From a virus: a stretch of 61,641 bases of DNA. The notes under the pieces are model-generated. The model was not told the DNA's origin. It made no database searches and saw only the letters and a list, made by a program, of their open reading frames with translations. Where the stretch lies: the IMG/VR virus record IMGVR_UViG_3300045988_050566. One strand, written 5' to 3'. This document shows positions 60,653 through 61,641 of this stretch, piece by piece. How positions within the stretch are numbered: the stretch's first letter is position 1; each line of letters begins with the position of its first letter. Made by a program: the position numbers and the translations under genes.

Positions 60653-61521
60653 TTAGATGTCAAAGCCCGGCGCGAAGCCACTCGACCAGCCCGCGCCGTA
60701 GTAGCCCTGCCGTCCGTGCCCACACTGCAGAAGTGGTACGAGTACGTCGCATAGACGGAGCGGAGCCAGTAGGGGTACGTCCCCTCGCTCCCGCACTCTT
60801 TCACACGGTCGCGCTCGCGCTTGAAGATGGGGAGCTGGAAGCTGTCGTCGATGTCTTTCCAGTACCCCTCCTCCGAGGGGCCGAACACATCTGTCGCGGA
60901 AAGAAGCCACAAGGGGTCTGCGTACTCGACGCGCTCGCCGTCGATTTCCTCCACAATCTTGCGGGGTTTGATGATGGCCTGCCACTCCGGGCTGATGTGA
61001 GGCCAGATGTCCTCAAGTACGTGAAGCCGTCCCTTGCTCTTGCAGTAGCCGCCCTTGTTGGTGGCCTCGTCGTTCATGGCCGCCTCGTCCCAGCAGTTCT
61101 TGAACACAAACCGGGCCGTATTCGGGCTGCTGTATGCGCAAACGACGGTGACGCTCCCGCCTGTATCGAGGGGAATATCAATCTCGTCGAAAGGCGAAAC
61201 AACCTCGTCCACGTTGCCCTCCTCGACGGCGGTTTTGAGGTCGTCCGGGCAAATGCTATCGCTCACCACAATGCGGAAATTGCAGAGCTGCGCGTCGTGG
61301 GTCTCTCCCTTGTCTGCCTGCTCGGTGTCATTCTTGTTTCCGACCGCTATGGTCGCGCCCGCGTGCGCGTTCACAATCAGCGGCGCGTCCGGCTGCCCGG
61401 TCTTGTCGAGGATGGATTTCAGCAGCTCCTCGTTGATGTAGTCGGCCCCCATGATCTCCACGGTGGTCTCTGCGTTGTAGTCGCCTGCGGTGTTGGTGCG
61501 CTTGATTTTGATGTCTGCCAT
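60653..61521 (-). pseudogene. DGR target 2: unknown-function protein with C-terminal VR; frame broken inside the VR by a 4-nt deletion (intact length would be about 290 aa)
   Basis: The ORF from ATG 61521 reads ...GTYPYWLRSVYATYSYHFCSVGTDGR and then drifts out of frame. The adjacent frame (track ORF 60653..60985) ends QGYYGAGWSSGFAPGFDI-TAA, matching the VR1 and TR endings. Confidence 0.8.
60662..60768 (-). repeat. DGR variable repeat 2 (VR2)
   Basis: Aligns to TR 28397-28507 with 17 substitutions, all at TR + strand T (coding A), plus a 4-nt gap opposite TR 28443-28446. Confidence 0.85.
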
Positions 61522-61533
61522 GATGGTCTCCTC

Positions 61534-61641
61534 CTAAAAAAGACTTTTTTGTAAATCCCCGTCCAGCATATTCCATCTGAATTTCGTGTCTCCGGGGGTT
61601 AAGAAATGGTCGTCCTCCAACTGGAAACGCCTGTCGTAGTC
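61534..61641 (-). pseudogene. 3' end of the PAPS-reductase-like gene (continuation of 1..989 across the junction; stop TAG 61534-61536)
   Basis: Own translation across the junction: ...FLTPGDTKFRWNMLDGDLQKSLF-TAG. The stop abuts the RBS of the next gene. Confidence 0.8.
61543..61641. repeat. second copy of the 99-bp terminal overlap (identical to 1..99)
   Basis: Direct string comparison. Confidence 0.95.

Overview
The window is a complete, circularly closed genome of a temperate, contractile-tailed dsDNA phage. Its unique length is 61,542 bp. Bases 1-99 are identical to 61543-61641, which is an assembly overlap. GC is high by eye, and almost every gene is on the minus strand. Only a CI-like repressor and a large serine recombinase are on the plus strand. 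Reading the minus strand from the immunity region, the modules are:
- Cro-like gene and regulators
- a secreted SleB-like hydrolase
- a recombination/replication block: fused SbcD-SbcC, DnaD-like, DnaC-like, C5-methyltransferase
- a MazF-like fusion followed by a MazG-like gene
- a split PAPS-reductase-like gene that crosses the circular junction
- RecU-like resolvase and an ArpU-like late regulator
- two ParB-like genes and a radical-SAM gene
- terminase, portal, head genes
- PBSX/Xkd-like sheath, tube, tape-measure and baseplate genes, then tail fibres
- a diversity-generating retroelement (DGR)
- an XhlA/holin/endolysin lysis cassette
- a second operon of about 17 small accessory genes ending next to the integrase

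The main finding is the DGR (target-avd-TR-RT at 26.8-30.7 kb). Its template repeat matches two variable repeats by adenine-only substitutions. One is in a tail-fibre C-terminus. The second lies about 30 kb away in a non-structural early-region gene and carries a 4-nt frame-breaking deletion. Both variable repeats are followed by GC hairpins with a GAAA loop.

Other points worth a second look:
- an HNH endonuclease with two in-frame TAG codons, inside a promoter-to-terminator cassette inserted between the tail chaperone and the tape measure
- G10/G11 homopolymer tracts at three functionally sensitive positions
- one 15-nt inverted repeat sitting in the spacers of two consensus promoters
- a candidate serine-integrase attP

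All functional calls come from motifs I recognised by eye. No database search was run.
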